Positions 45,828 through 55,404 of a DNA stretch of 64,000 bases are shown here, piece by piece (within the stretch, counting starts at the first letter, position 1; each line of letters starts with the position of its first letter). The stretch covers positions 1-64,000 of IMG/VR virus record IMGVR_UViG_3300035698_018317; one strand, 5' to 3'. The position numbers were made by a program, and so were the translations under genes. The notes beneath the pieces were generated by a model, which searched no databases, was not told where the DNA came from, and saw only the letters and a program-made list of their open reading frames with translations.

Positions 45828-48800
45828 GTGAGTAAAAAGATATATGAAAATCCAACAATTGCCGATGAAGTTCTGTTCGAGTTTGAAACTCCAGATGCAG
45901 AAGGTTGTTTAACAGCTAATCCTTATCGTATTGATACGGTAAAGATATTCTACATAGAAAGAAATTTCACAGGTGGAAACTACGGAAGATTAATTGAAGA
46001 AACCCCTAATGCTGATTTAAACGCAGAATTAGCATTGGCCCTAGAAGTTGCTTGTGATGACCCGACAGAAGAAAATTTGGCTAATGTTACTTTTATTCGA
46101 ACCGAATTAGAATTAAACACAAATAGGGAAGTAACATTTTATTCTGAAGCTAAGGTTGTAAAACAAAACGGTAATGACACGATACCAGCGTGGTTGTCTA
46201 CTGGGGACGAAGAAGATTATGAAGTAGAATTAGTTTCAGAAGACTCAGATGGATTCACCCAATATGGTCATTTCCAATTATTGTGGAATCCTCTTGGAAT
46301 GATGGCTGGAGACTATGTTTTCCAATGGACATGGACATCATATGATTCTTCACTGGATGACAAAATATCTAATTATTTTGCTTTTTCTTTAGGTGGTGCT
46401 ACCCAAATGACAACAAGCATCCCTACTCACTTTACGGACCCTGAAAAATATATAACATTGCTTGAACGATATAGAGCAGAGATGTTCAAAATGACATTGA
46501 GTGATGTAGATTTAAGTCCATGGGTTCTTTTAGGAATGGACAACGCTGTTGCAGATGGGTTTAAATTCCTTGAAGATTTAGCCAATCAAACAGTAGATTT
46601 AGTAGACGCTAATGCCGTAGCTGAAGGATTTCTCCCCGTTCTGGGAGATACATTTGGTTTACAGTTAAGGTCAGAAGACCCGACATTATGGAGAAGGCAG
46701 ATTAAAAGAGCTATTCCTTTGTTCAAACAAAAAGGAACATTAAAAGGTCTTAATTCGGCATTGTCACAAGCTAACATCATACTCAAAAAACTTACAATAT
46801 ATTGGCAAGTCATTTCAAGTTACACATACCAAGAAGATTTTGATGTAACAGAAGATTATGAAACAGTATTCGATTTGACAAGAACTGCCTTAGTTCCTGT
46901 TGATTCTAATTTTGAAATGTATTACAGGGCCGCAGATAGCGAAACATGGGATGAATTAGTTATCTCTGATTATGGAACCTTTGCGGCATCTACTGTGACG
47001 TGGATTGGTTCTACTGCTCCTACACCTTTGGCTTTGATGACAGGTGATTCCATAAGAGTAATTTATAAAGTAAAAGAAATACCCAATGCAACGGAACAGG
47101 CTCTTGAAACATACATCAGGACTCTTCCAATATCTGACCAACGTGATGAAAGAGACCAGCTTTATCCTCCTAAGAACTGGAACGTTCGTCTTATTGAAGA
47201 AGATGATGCATTATTCGATGAAATTATTGAAGTACGAAACCCATATTTCGACTCACTTGTATATGGAGATGTAAGAACCGAATTCCCATATTCTGAAAAC
47301 ATATACAATATGGAAGAATATAACGGCAGTAAAAGGGAATCTACAAATCCTTGTGATATAGATAAAGAATTCTTAGACCCTTGTTCGGGAGGGATAAGTA
47401 GTAAATTTAGCGTAGACATAGAAATAGAAAACATGTCGAATGAACGAGTTCTTGAAGCTCAAGAAATTATACAAGAATTCAAGCCATTCCACGCCGTATT
47501 ATATTCAATTAATTTATTAGGAAGTTTAAACGAATTCATTGAACCTCCTGTTGAACAAATTACGACTTTAATCCAAATAGACAAAACGGATGTTACATTA
47601 GTAGACCCAGTACAAACGATATTCAATAGAAGCATGGACCCGTCTACATATGAATCTATTTTGAGAGATACGCTTGCCACTTCTACAACTGTTGTATCAG
47701 GAGTAGGGGGGACAGGCAGTAATTCAGATGTTGCATTGTTTGCTCCTAATGTATTGATAAACGCATTCACCCCAGATTTAGATGATGATACTTTGACTCA
47801 ATTAAAAGTCTTGGCTCCATCTGCTAATGTGGGCACTTATTCAATAGATAACCCAACAGAACATGAAGCAATAATTTCTGGGTCATTACCACCCGAAGCT
47901 CCTTTGTTGAATACGTCTTCTTTCACATTCCGATTATCTAATGAAATAATTAGACAAACAGCGGCGGCAAGCATAACTCAGGACGACGTATTTGGCTTTA
48001 GTGATGATTCTGTGAACTACGTTGCATTAGGTGTTCAGACTGAACGTGATGTTTTAGAGGGTTTTGCCACTAATCCATATCAAATAAATATACCAGCTTA
48101 TGGTGGACCATTTAATATAGAGCAAATTCTACCCGATGGGTCTCTTGTTCTGGATACAGATGGTTCATTACCTCTTATAAATACAACAGGAATCACATAC
48201 ACCTTATTAGATGGTGATGGAGCAACCGTTGCTACAAGCGCTAGCGGGGTGCTAACGGTAAAACGCCGTGCTATTGTGACATTAAGAGATAACTTGGGAG
48301 ATGTAGTTCTCATAAGAGGAGTTTCTATAACTGCTACAACGATAGACGACATAAGAAACTATATTGATATCGGAAATTATACGACATATAATAGTGTTGA
48401 ATATTTCGTAAGTGGATTTATAGAAAATGAAACATTAAGTTTTTATATTGATGGATTTACAGATGGTTCTGTAAGTGGAGTTACAGTAATAGTAGAAGAT
48501 AGAGTAATTGAAAACGAAACTGGATATTTTAGTTATAGAGGACTAACTCTTACCACGGTAATAGATTACGAGGCAACATTAGATATACAAAATGGTGCTA
48601 ATCCTCCTGCTGTTCCAGTTGATGAGGATATTTTTAAAGAAAACTTCTTAATTCTTATTGGCAGTGATTATTTCGCAATTTCTGAAATAGATGGCACTAC
48701 GATAACCTTAAGTGGTCTACCACAAAATTGGCCTACAGGAGGAACCCCGGTTACGTTTGATATATTACAATTTGAAAAAGATGAAGTTTCTATAGCAGAA

Positions 48801-49004
48801 AGAATTTATCCACCACAACCGGGATATGATTTCGACTCCATAGATAGAAGAGGGCAGGAAATAATCGAATACGAAATAGCAACCGCAACGCCCCTAGCCA
48901 TGCTTGGGCTTCCTATGGCATTGAGTGCCACCCCCGGAGAAGACCATACTGTGCAACAAGAAAGTATTAATTTTGTAGTTGAGTGGCAAGATGAAGGAAA
49001 ATAA
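45828..49004 (+). CDS. Large baseplate wedge protein (gp7/tail-I-like)
   Basis: FLPVLGDTFG...WRRQIKRAIPLFKQKGT; 1058 aa. Confidence 0.7.
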   Translation: MSKKIYENPTIADEVLFEFETPDAEGCLTANPYRIDTVKIFYIERNFTGGNYGRLIEETPNADLNAELALALEVACDDPTEENLANVTFIRTELELNTNREVTFYSEAKVVKQNGNDTIPAWLSTGDEEDYEVELVSEDSDGFTQYGHFQLLWNPLGMMAGDYVFQWTWTSYDSSLDDKISNYFAFSLGGATQMTTSIPTHFTDPEKYITLLERYRAEMFKMTLSDVDLSPWVLLGMDNAVADGFKFLEDLANQTVDLVDANAVAEGFLPVLGDTFGLQLRSEDPTLWRRQIKRAIPLFKQKGTLKGLNSALSQANIILKKLTIYWQVISSYTYQEDFDVTEDYETVFDLTRTALVPVDSNFEMYYRAADSETWDELVISDYGTFAASTVTWIGSTAPTPLALMTGDSIRVIYKVKEIPNATEQALETYIRTLPISDQRDERDQLYPPKNWNVRLIEEDDALFDEIIEVRNPYFDSLVYGDVRTEFPYSENIYNMEEYNGSKRESTNPCDIDKEFLDPCSGGISSKFSVDIEIENMSNERVLEAQEIIQEFKPFHAVLYSINLLGSLNEFIEPPVEQITTLIQIDKTDVTLVDPVQTIFNRSMDPSTYESILRDTLATSTTVVSGVGGTGSNSDVALFAPNVLINAFTPDLDDDTLTQLKVLAPSANVGTYSIDNPTEHEAIISGSLPPEAPLLNTSSFTFRLSNEIIRQTAAASITQDDVFGFSDDSVNYVALGVQTERDVLEGFATNPYQINIPAYGGPFNIEQILPDGSLVLDTDGSLPLINTTGITYTLLDGDGATVATSASGVLTVKRRAIVTLRDNLGDVVLIRGVSITATTIDDIRNYIDIGNYTTYNSVEYFVSGFIENETLSFYIDGFTDGSVSGVTVIVEDRVIENETGYFSYRGLTLTTVIDYEATLDIQNGANPPAVPVDEDIFKENFLILIGSDYFAISEIDGTTITLSGLPQNWPTGGTPVTFDILQFEKDEVSIAERIYPPQPGYDFDSIDRRGQEIIEYEIATATPLAMLGLPMALSATPGEDHTVQQESINFVVEWQDEGK

Positions 49005-49474
49005 TGAAAATAGATGAAATAAAACCTAAAGGTCAAGTAGAGATTGTTATAGAAAATACTGACGGTGAAGTAGAAACCCGAGTGTTTGACAATACTGTAT
49101 TAACAAACGGACGTAATGCATTGGCCAATTGTTTGGCAAATCAAATCGGTGATAGTTTTACTTTCTATATAGACAGAATGTTATATGGAGGTAGTGGAAC
49201 TTCTGGTGGAGTTCCTAAATATGTAAGTACGAGTAGGAACGGGTTATTTGGAGCTACATTGGCTAACAAGCCAGTCATAGCAACAATCGACCCTGCAATA
49301 CCTTCTCAAGTAACATTTACATCTGTTTTATCATTTGATGATGCAAACACCACATTGAATGAAATAGCATTACGAATGAATAATGAAGATTTATACAGTA
49401 TGGCGACATTCCCAGATTTAAACAAAACAAATAGCGTACAAATTACATTCAATTGGCGTATTTCTTTTGTTTAG
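49004..49474 (+). CDS. Baseplate/tail-fibre attachment protein
   Basis: NTVLTNGRNALA...LNEIAL...FP.LNKT...I.FNW.ISF pattern. Confidence 0.6.
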   Translation: MKIDEIKPKGQVEIVIENTDGEVETRVFDNTVLTNGRNALANCLANQIGDSFTFYIDRMLYGGSGTSGGVPKYVSTSRNGLFGATLANKPVIATIDPAIPSQVTFTSVLSFDDANTTLNEIALRMNNEDLYSMATFPDLNKTNSVQITFNWRISFV

Positions 49475-49492
49475 GATATATAAGATAGAAAA

Positions 49493-50344
49493 ATGCCTGA
49501 TATTTCATTAATACCGGAAGTTCTATATGACCCGCTGCAACCTTATCAGTGGATATACGATAATCTACCTTTAGAGAATATTCTTCTCAGACAGGATATG
49601 ATTAATTCAGCAGTTGATGTTAACTCGGATATCCTTGTTGATAGTATCGGTACAGCCGGGACATTAAGCAATAGATTAGATGTATCTTTAGAGGATAATG
49701 GATATCTGAAAGTTTCGGCAATTAATGTTGCTGACCATGACATCGCTTTTCATACGGATGGAGTTAGAACATTAACGGCATCAGATATTTCTATAATAGA
49801 CCCTCTTGATGTTTATCAATTACCAAGTATTGTTTCTTTCATAAGAATGTTAGGAGCAGAAAGAGATAAATTACTTTTAGTTTCTGATGAGGCAACATCA
49901 TTACGACTTCAACTTTTCACAGAAGATATATCTAATACTGTTTTATTTGATGATGAAATTGTTGAATTAGTAGATACAGATACCATTACATGGGAGATAG
50001 AAGAACCCAACAAAATTAAGGCAAGAATGGCCTTTCCTTCTGCTGCAGCGCATGAACATAATTATGATTTAACTCCTGTCCATGCAAATATACCGACACC
50101 AGACTATACTAATTATAAGACTACTTCTGCTTCAACACCGTATATGGAAGATAGCTTAAGAGTTTATATAAATGGAATCAGGCTAAACGAAGATGATTTA
50201 GTATATGTCCCTAGTGCTGCCGCCAGTCCTACTTTCTCACAACTAAAGTTTACCGGGAATTATTCCGCTGGAACTTTTGCTCTAAGCAGTGCTATTACAG
50301 TAGCCGATGTAATCAAAATCGACTTTGACGTAAGCCTAGTTTAA
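49493..50344 (+). CDS. Virion structural protein (tail-associated)
   Basis: Acidic, with C-terminal LRVYINGIRL...F.L...I...D...IDFD. Confidence 0.6.
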   Translation: MPDISLIPEVLYDPLQPYQWIYDNLPLENILLRQDMINSAVDVNSDILVDSIGTAGTLSNRLDVSLEDNGYLKVSAINVADHDIAFHTDGVRTLTASDISIIDPLDVYQLPSIVSFIRMLGAERDKLLLVSDEATSLRLQLFTEDISNTVLFDDEIVELVDTDTITWEIEEPNKIKARMAFPSAAAHEHNYDLTPVHANIPTPDYTNYKTTSASTPYMEDSLRVYINGIRLNEDDLVYVPSAAASPTFSQLKFTGNYSAGTFALSSAITVADVIKIDFDVSLV

Positions 50345-50364
50345 ATATTAAATTGGTTTTAAAA

Positions 50365-50919
50365 ATGATTGATAAAAAACATGAATTCGGGTTCATTGTG
50401 CTTTCCCCAGAACATAATATGGGTTTGCTGCAATCTACCATGATGTCAATAAATCGTGAGTATAAAAAATCCAATGTATTATGTGTTGTAGGAGATACCG
50501 CAAAAGAAAAAGACATAGAAAATATGACTAAGTTCTGTCCTGTGGTTAAAGGAAAGAACACAATTACATCTCTTATTAATACAGGGCTTGAAAATGGCTG
50601 GCCTGAATGGAATATATTAGTTTTTGCTGGGACTCAAGTAAAAAGAATTCTTACAAAAAAGATTTTCTTATTCGCAACGAATAAGAAAGATGTCTTATTT
50701 CCTATTGTTGTAGATTATAACAGGCGTGGTTTTCCTATTCATATTTATAAAGATTTTCCAGAAGCCACATTAAATGGAATGACAATGCATAAAAGTACAT
50801 TTGATGCTGTTGGAAAATTTTCTGAAAACCCCATAAAAGTATCTAAGCAATTTTGGGGACTAGATGCCATAGACTATGGATGTAAATTTAAAGCTGTTCT
50901 TGGGGCTAAAGTAATTTAA
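50365..50919 (+). CDS. Hypothetical protein, weakly glycosyltransferase (GT-A)-like
   Basis: FGFIVLSP, ITSLIN.G..WNILV and W.LDAI..G.KF; pattern recognition only. Confidence 0.4.
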   Translation: MIDKKHEFGFIVLSPEHNMGLLQSTMMSINREYKKSNVLCVVGDTAKEKDIENMTKFCPVVKGKNTITSLINTGLENGWPEWNILVFAGTQVKRILTKKIFLFATNKKDVLFPIVVDYNRRGFPIHIYKDFPEATLNGMTMHKSTFDAVGKFSENPIKVSKQFWGLDAIDYGCKFKAVLGAKVI

Positions 50920-51440
50920 ACGTCCCCATAAACAAAACTCCATTCATCTTTATCTTTATGAAGTCCTTCATCTACCTCTTTTAGATACTCAAATAACTTT
51001 TCCCAATTAGGGAACATGAATTCAATGGGGATGAAGCCATAATACCAAACGGGGATATAAGAAATATCATTTTGATTAGTTACTAATAAAGCAGGTTTTT
51101 TTAAGTTATCTGCCACTACGATTTCATGAACGGTTCCTGCTGTGGGAACTTTATATGGCAGATAAGAGATTGTAAAATCTTGTCTGTCTATTGTGCCCAA
51201 ATCTTTTCTAACGAAGGCTTTAGCGATTTGGGCTATTTTTTCATAATCTTTAGCGGCTTGTGCTTTTTTGATTTCTGGAACCCATTGTTGTTTAGGGTCT
51301 GTAAATGGGTCAAATACGTTTATGCCTAAATTTTCAGATAATACATTTTTAGGATAATCTCTCCATCCTGCTTGTCCGTATTGAATTGGACCACCTAAAT
51401 AGCAAGACTTTCCTTTTAAATAACCTGTTTTTATACTCAT
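50916..51440 (-). CDS. Nucleoside 2-deoxyribosyltransferase-like protein
   Basis: CYLGGPI...WR, VFDP, D...D and GTVHEIVVA..KP. Confidence 0.75.
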   Translation of the reverse strand: MSIKTGYLKGKSCYLGGPIQYGQAGWRDYPKNVLSENLGINVFDPFTDPKQQWVPEIKKAQAAKDYEKIAQIAKAFVRKDLGTIDRQDFTISYLPYKVPTAGTVHEIVVADNLKKPALLVTNQNDISYIPVWYYGFIPIEFMFPNWEKLFEYLKEVDEGLHKDKDEWSFVYGDV

Positions 51441-51469
51441 ATAATATAAGATAAAAAAAAGGAGTTCAA

Positions 51470-52117
51470 ATGTCAAGTGAATTAAAGAATAAAATAAAAA
51501 AATTAATGAAAAATGAGATAGTAGAAAGACACAGCTTTTTTCAGCTTAAATATTTTGTCATAGGCAAAGAACCCACCACACAAGCAAAATTGTGGAGATG
51601 CATAAGAGAATTAGAATCACGTAACAAATCTTTGCAAGCCATTGAGTTAGAGATTGAAGAAGCAAATGATGATGTTGAACTGCTACATATAAAGACAAAA
51701 GACATGATTCATAACGGGACGGCGTTTGTGGATGATGATGAAACAAACAAAATATTAGTAAGAAAAAATGAAAGAAAAACAAAATCATTAGTTGATAAGT
51801 TAAATGATTTAAAAAGAAAAAAGAGATATATAGAAGAAGAGGCTGCGTTCTTCGTGGAAGCGTTTGAGTCTCTTGAAAAAGTAGAAAAGATTAAATCTTT
51901 TGACGATTTAGAAGCTCAAACAGAATATTGGAATGAAAAATTAAAACAAGACCTTAATCTTAAAATGATTTTGCGTCAACCGTTTGATACAGAGCTTACG
52001 AAAACTATATTAGCGTTAGATGATAAAACACCTGTAAAACAACAGATGTGCAACGTATTAGAAACATTAAGAGGCCCAGATGCAGCGTCGAAAAAACCAC
52101 AATTGGAGAATAAATAA
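51470..52117 (+). CDS. Coiled-coil hypothetical protein
   Basis: 215 aa with AAAGGAG SD. Confidence 0.7.
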   Translation: MSSELKNKIKKLMKNEIVERHSFFQLKYFVIGKEPTTQAKLWRCIRELESRNKSLQAIELEIEEANDDVELLHIKTKDMIHNGTAFVDDDETNKILVRKNERKTKSLVDKLNDLKRKKRYIEEEAAFFVEAFESLEKVEKIKSFDDLEAQTEYWNEKLKQDLNLKMILRQPFDTELTKTILALDDKTPVKQQMCNVLETLRGPDAASKKPQLENK

Positions 52118-52120
52118 ATA

Positions 52121-53110
52121 ATGCCTACTAGGATTTCTAGTTTAGATGATGGATATGAGGCGGGGCAACTTTCTGTATTCCCAGAAGCTTTGGATGATAA
52201 GGAAGATTTATACGAGGCCCATAATAATGCCGAATCTGTTTTAACCCAGAGTTTAACATATAATGGGAGAAATATTGTTGTTGAAGATGCAACAGGATTT
52301 CCTCAAACGGGTATTGTTCGCTTAGGACAAAGAGCTAATTCATACCCTTCCCCAGAATTAATTTACTATGGTTCAAGAAGTGATAATGTATTCACAGACC
52401 TTGTACGTGGTTTTGCGGGTTCAACCACTGGGGCATGGCCAAGTCACAACACTTATGTGTCAAATTCTGTAGTGGCAGAGCATCACAATGCTTCTAAGGA
52501 TGCAATAATAAATATAGAGAATGATTTAGGTTTAGAAAAATTTCCAGATGAAGATTCTCTAAATGGAATTTTACAGGCATTAGAAATAAAATATCTTGCT
52601 CCAAAACCAAGTTATCGTGCCTACCCATTAAAAGGACCGCCGCCAATGGACGTTACTTTTCATAGTGTTTCAGAAGGTCATATTATAAGATATTTCTGGG
52701 ATTTCGGAGATGGGACTACTTCCACAGAAAGGAACCCTTTCCACACGTATACGCAGGAAGGAATTTACACAGTTAGATTAAATACTATTTCTTCTAGTGG
52801 TGCTCAGGGCATATCCATCAAAAGTGGGTATATAACTATTGATGAAAACGAAGTAATACCGTTTGCTTACACAACGGCTACTACTGGAACTACAGCCGAT
52901 ACGTTTACTTTCGTAGACCAAACAGATGGAGATATAGCACAAAGACACTGGGTTTTCGGAGATGGTAATAGCTCAACAATTACCGACCCAGACGTTCATA
53001 CTACGACGCATAGTTATAGCACGGCGGGTGAATACAGACCAACATTAGTTGTTGTCTTTAGTGACCAAACGTATAAACGTGCTTTTTTAGAAACAATTAC
53101 GGTGACATAA
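52121..53110 (+). CDS. PKD-domain virion protein
   Basis: Y.WDFGDGTTSTERNP.HTYT..G.YTV.L and WVFGDG..HSYSTAGEY. Confidence 0.85.
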   Translation: MPTRISSLDDGYEAGQLSVFPEALDDKEDLYEAHNNAESVLTQSLTYNGRNIVVEDATGFPQTGIVRLGQRANSYPSPELIYYGSRSDNVFTDLVRGFAGSTTGAWPSHNTYVSNSVVAEHHNASKDAIINIENDLGLEKFPDEDSLNGILQALEIKYLAPKPSYRAYPLKGPPPMDVTFHSVSEGHIIRYFWDFGDGTTSTERNPFHTYTQEGIYTVRLNTISSSGAQGISIKSGYITIDENEVIPFAYTTATTGTTADTFTFVDQTDGDIAQRHWVFGDGNSSTITDPDVHTTTHSYSTAGEYRPTLVVVFSDQTYKRAFLETITVT

Positions 53111-53111
53111 T

Positions 53112-55403
53112 ATGACGATACCTACATCAAGCAATTTCCCTACAACATTTGATTCCGATAGTAATCTGTACGAGGTACATGATGCTCTGAGGGTTCGTCT
53201 ATCAGAAGATTATACTCCGGGGGATACGTCTATAACAATAGAAGGTGATGCGGATACAATAGCAAAATTTCCATCCACTGGATTGATTACTCTTACAGAG
53301 CAAATAAGTGAAATTGATGACCGAGCAATAAGTTTTTATTATGCTTCTAGAACTTTAACTACATTTGATGGATTAGAAATATTATCTGGATTTGACGATG
53401 ATGTTGTGAAACCAGCCACATTAACAAATGTAACACAAAATGTTATGGCATCTCATCACAATAACATCAAAGATGCTATTATTGCTATAGAAGAATTTGT
53501 TGGAGTACAAGGAACTGTTGACACAATGCCTTTTGGGGATACTATGACTGGAAGAATTAATTTTCTTCGTAATTTAGTTTTAACACCTAGAGCTTGGTTC
53601 ACTTCAGATAAAAAGGTTGGCCTTGTCCCGTTAGAAGTAGATTTTACAGACCAGAGTTTTCGTCTAGGTGACGGTTCCGTTACTTTCTTATGGGATTTTG
53701 GAGACCAAAACCCATCATACATTTCATTTGCATCACTCAATACAATATCTGTTATTAGTTATGTGCCAACAGACGAAGTAAATGTTCTGGTGCAAGACCT
53801 AGATGGTGGAAATGTAACAAAAACTTATTCTACTCCCGGCATTTATGATGTAACACTTACAGTTACGAATGAACATGGACAAGATGTAGTAGAGTTTAAA
53901 AACTTCATAGAAGCACGAACAGCCGCTCCTTTAGAGGCTGATGTAGAGTTTGATGCCACCACTGTTCAAAACAGTTCTCTTGGAGACACTACTCCTTTAT
54001 TTGACAGATTAGCAACGGCTCCGGGTGGTCCTTGGACTATACCACCTACAATACGTTCAAAAATAAATACGCTTGTAACAATGGAAGTACCAACTGGAGA
54101 AGACCCGTTAACACCGGGATACTCATATGCTGGCGAAGAATTAAGTAATGGAGTGGCTATTGACCCAATTATTAGCTATACGTGGTCGCTTGGAGACGAT
54201 TTAACGCATTCTAACAGCATGGGAGCCAGAGCTTCATACGGAATTGGTGGTGTATATGATATGAAACTCAGAACAGATACAAGTTTTGGGTCATATAGAA
54301 TTACAACATATGAAAACGTAATTGATATTATTGAAAATAGAAACCTTTGGTTGTTTACGAAGAACGGGAATGAAGTAAAAGGCAATGAGTTTGGACTAAT
54401 AAGTGAAACATTCAAAATAGCAACACAAACACTAACAGTTGCTCAGAATGATAAATTTTTGAATGGGACCGGAGAAGAAACAAGAGCCAAAAGAGAATTT
54501 AATAGGAATGTAAGTTTCACAAATGTTAATACAACTTCTTCAGGTAGTAGTGGAGAAGGACTTGCTGTATGGTCTAGTGGCGGAATTGCTGGTAGCGCAT
54601 TAAGCATACAAACTGTAGAGGCTTTTAAATATAATGGGTTTGATGACACATACACAGACCCCGCAATTACTATAACAAGACCGTGGAACTGGGTCTTCTT
54701 AAATTCTGGTAATCTTGCATACTTCCTGTTTGGCCCTGACCCACTTGCTACTCCAAACACAAACTTAACTAATCAAGAAAAAACAATATTAAACATGTCA
54801 ACGTTTACTGACTCGGATGAAACATTAGTGAATTCGAATTATTTAAACGGTGCTGAAGAGTTGCAAGAAAATCCAACAGACGGTTATACAGCAGGAGAAC
54901 CAGATTCAGGAAGGTTCTCAGTATATCGCTCTGCTTGGAAAGACCAATCAGGTTATTTCTTAAGAAATGATGGAGTGGGAGAGTTCTTCAGAATAAAAAG
55001 TTTTTATCAAACAAGTGGCACGTTAACAGAAACCGTTCAAAACTTGATAAAGTTACCAGATATGACGGGAACCACTAAATTAGAAGGTGAATTAGTAAGC
55101 ATGAGTAATGGCTTGTTCTTCTTTAACAATAGTGGAAGTATTTCCGCATATAATGATAATTCTGGGGTTTGGGAAACAGGGTCTTCTATAGTTACTAGTT
55201 TTAGAAATCTACAAGATTCAACGGCAAATGATTTCGATAACCCTGCCAATACTCTTTTGGCGACAAGTGATGGAGACAGAATAGCCTACCTCAGTTATGA
55301 TTATAGTACTAATGCAATGATAAAATTCAATGGAGTAGATTTAACATTTACTTTACTTAGTTCACGACCTAGTGGAGACCAATGGGCGATGGGAGTATAT
55401 TAA
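53112..55403 (+). CDS. PKD-domain virion protein
   Basis: FLWDFGD, TYSTPGIYDVTLTV and WSLGDD; N-terminus related to that of 52121-53110 (HHN..KDAII.IE). Confidence 0.8.
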   Translation: MTIPTSSNFPTTFDSDSNLYEVHDALRVRLSEDYTPGDTSITIEGDADTIAKFPSTGLITLTEQISEIDDRAISFYYASRTLTTFDGLEILSGFDDDVVKPATLTNVTQNVMASHHNNIKDAIIAIEEFVGVQGTVDTMPFGDTMTGRINFLRNLVLTPRAWFTSDKKVGLVPLEVDFTDQSFRLGDGSVTFLWDFGDQNPSYISFASLNTISVISYVPTDEVNVLVQDLDGGNVTKTYSTPGIYDVTLTVTNEHGQDVVEFKNFIEARTAAPLEADVEFDATTVQNSSLGDTTPLFDRLATAPGGPWTIPPTIRSKINTLVTMEVPTGEDPLTPGYSYAGEELSNGVAIDPIISYTWSLGDDLTHSNSMGARASYGIGGVYDMKLRTDTSFGSYRITTYENVIDIIENRNLWLFTKNGNEVKGNEFGLISETFKIATQTLTVAQNDKFLNGTGEETRAKREFNRNVSFTNVNTTSSGSSGEGLAVWSSGGIAGSALSIQTVEAFKYNGFDDTYTDPAITITRPWNWVFLNSGNLAYFLFGPDPLATPNTNLTNQEKTILNMSTFTDSDETLVNSNYLNGAEELQENPTDGYTAGEPDSGRFSVYRSAWKDQSGYFLRNDGVGEFFRIKSFYQTSGTLTETVQNLIKLPDMTGTTKLEGELVSMSNGLFFFNNSGSISAYNDNSGVWETGSSIVTSFRNLQDSTANDFDNPANTLLATSDGDRIAYLSYDYSTNAMIKFNGVDLTFTLLSSRPSGDQWAMGVY

Positions 55404-55404
55404 T

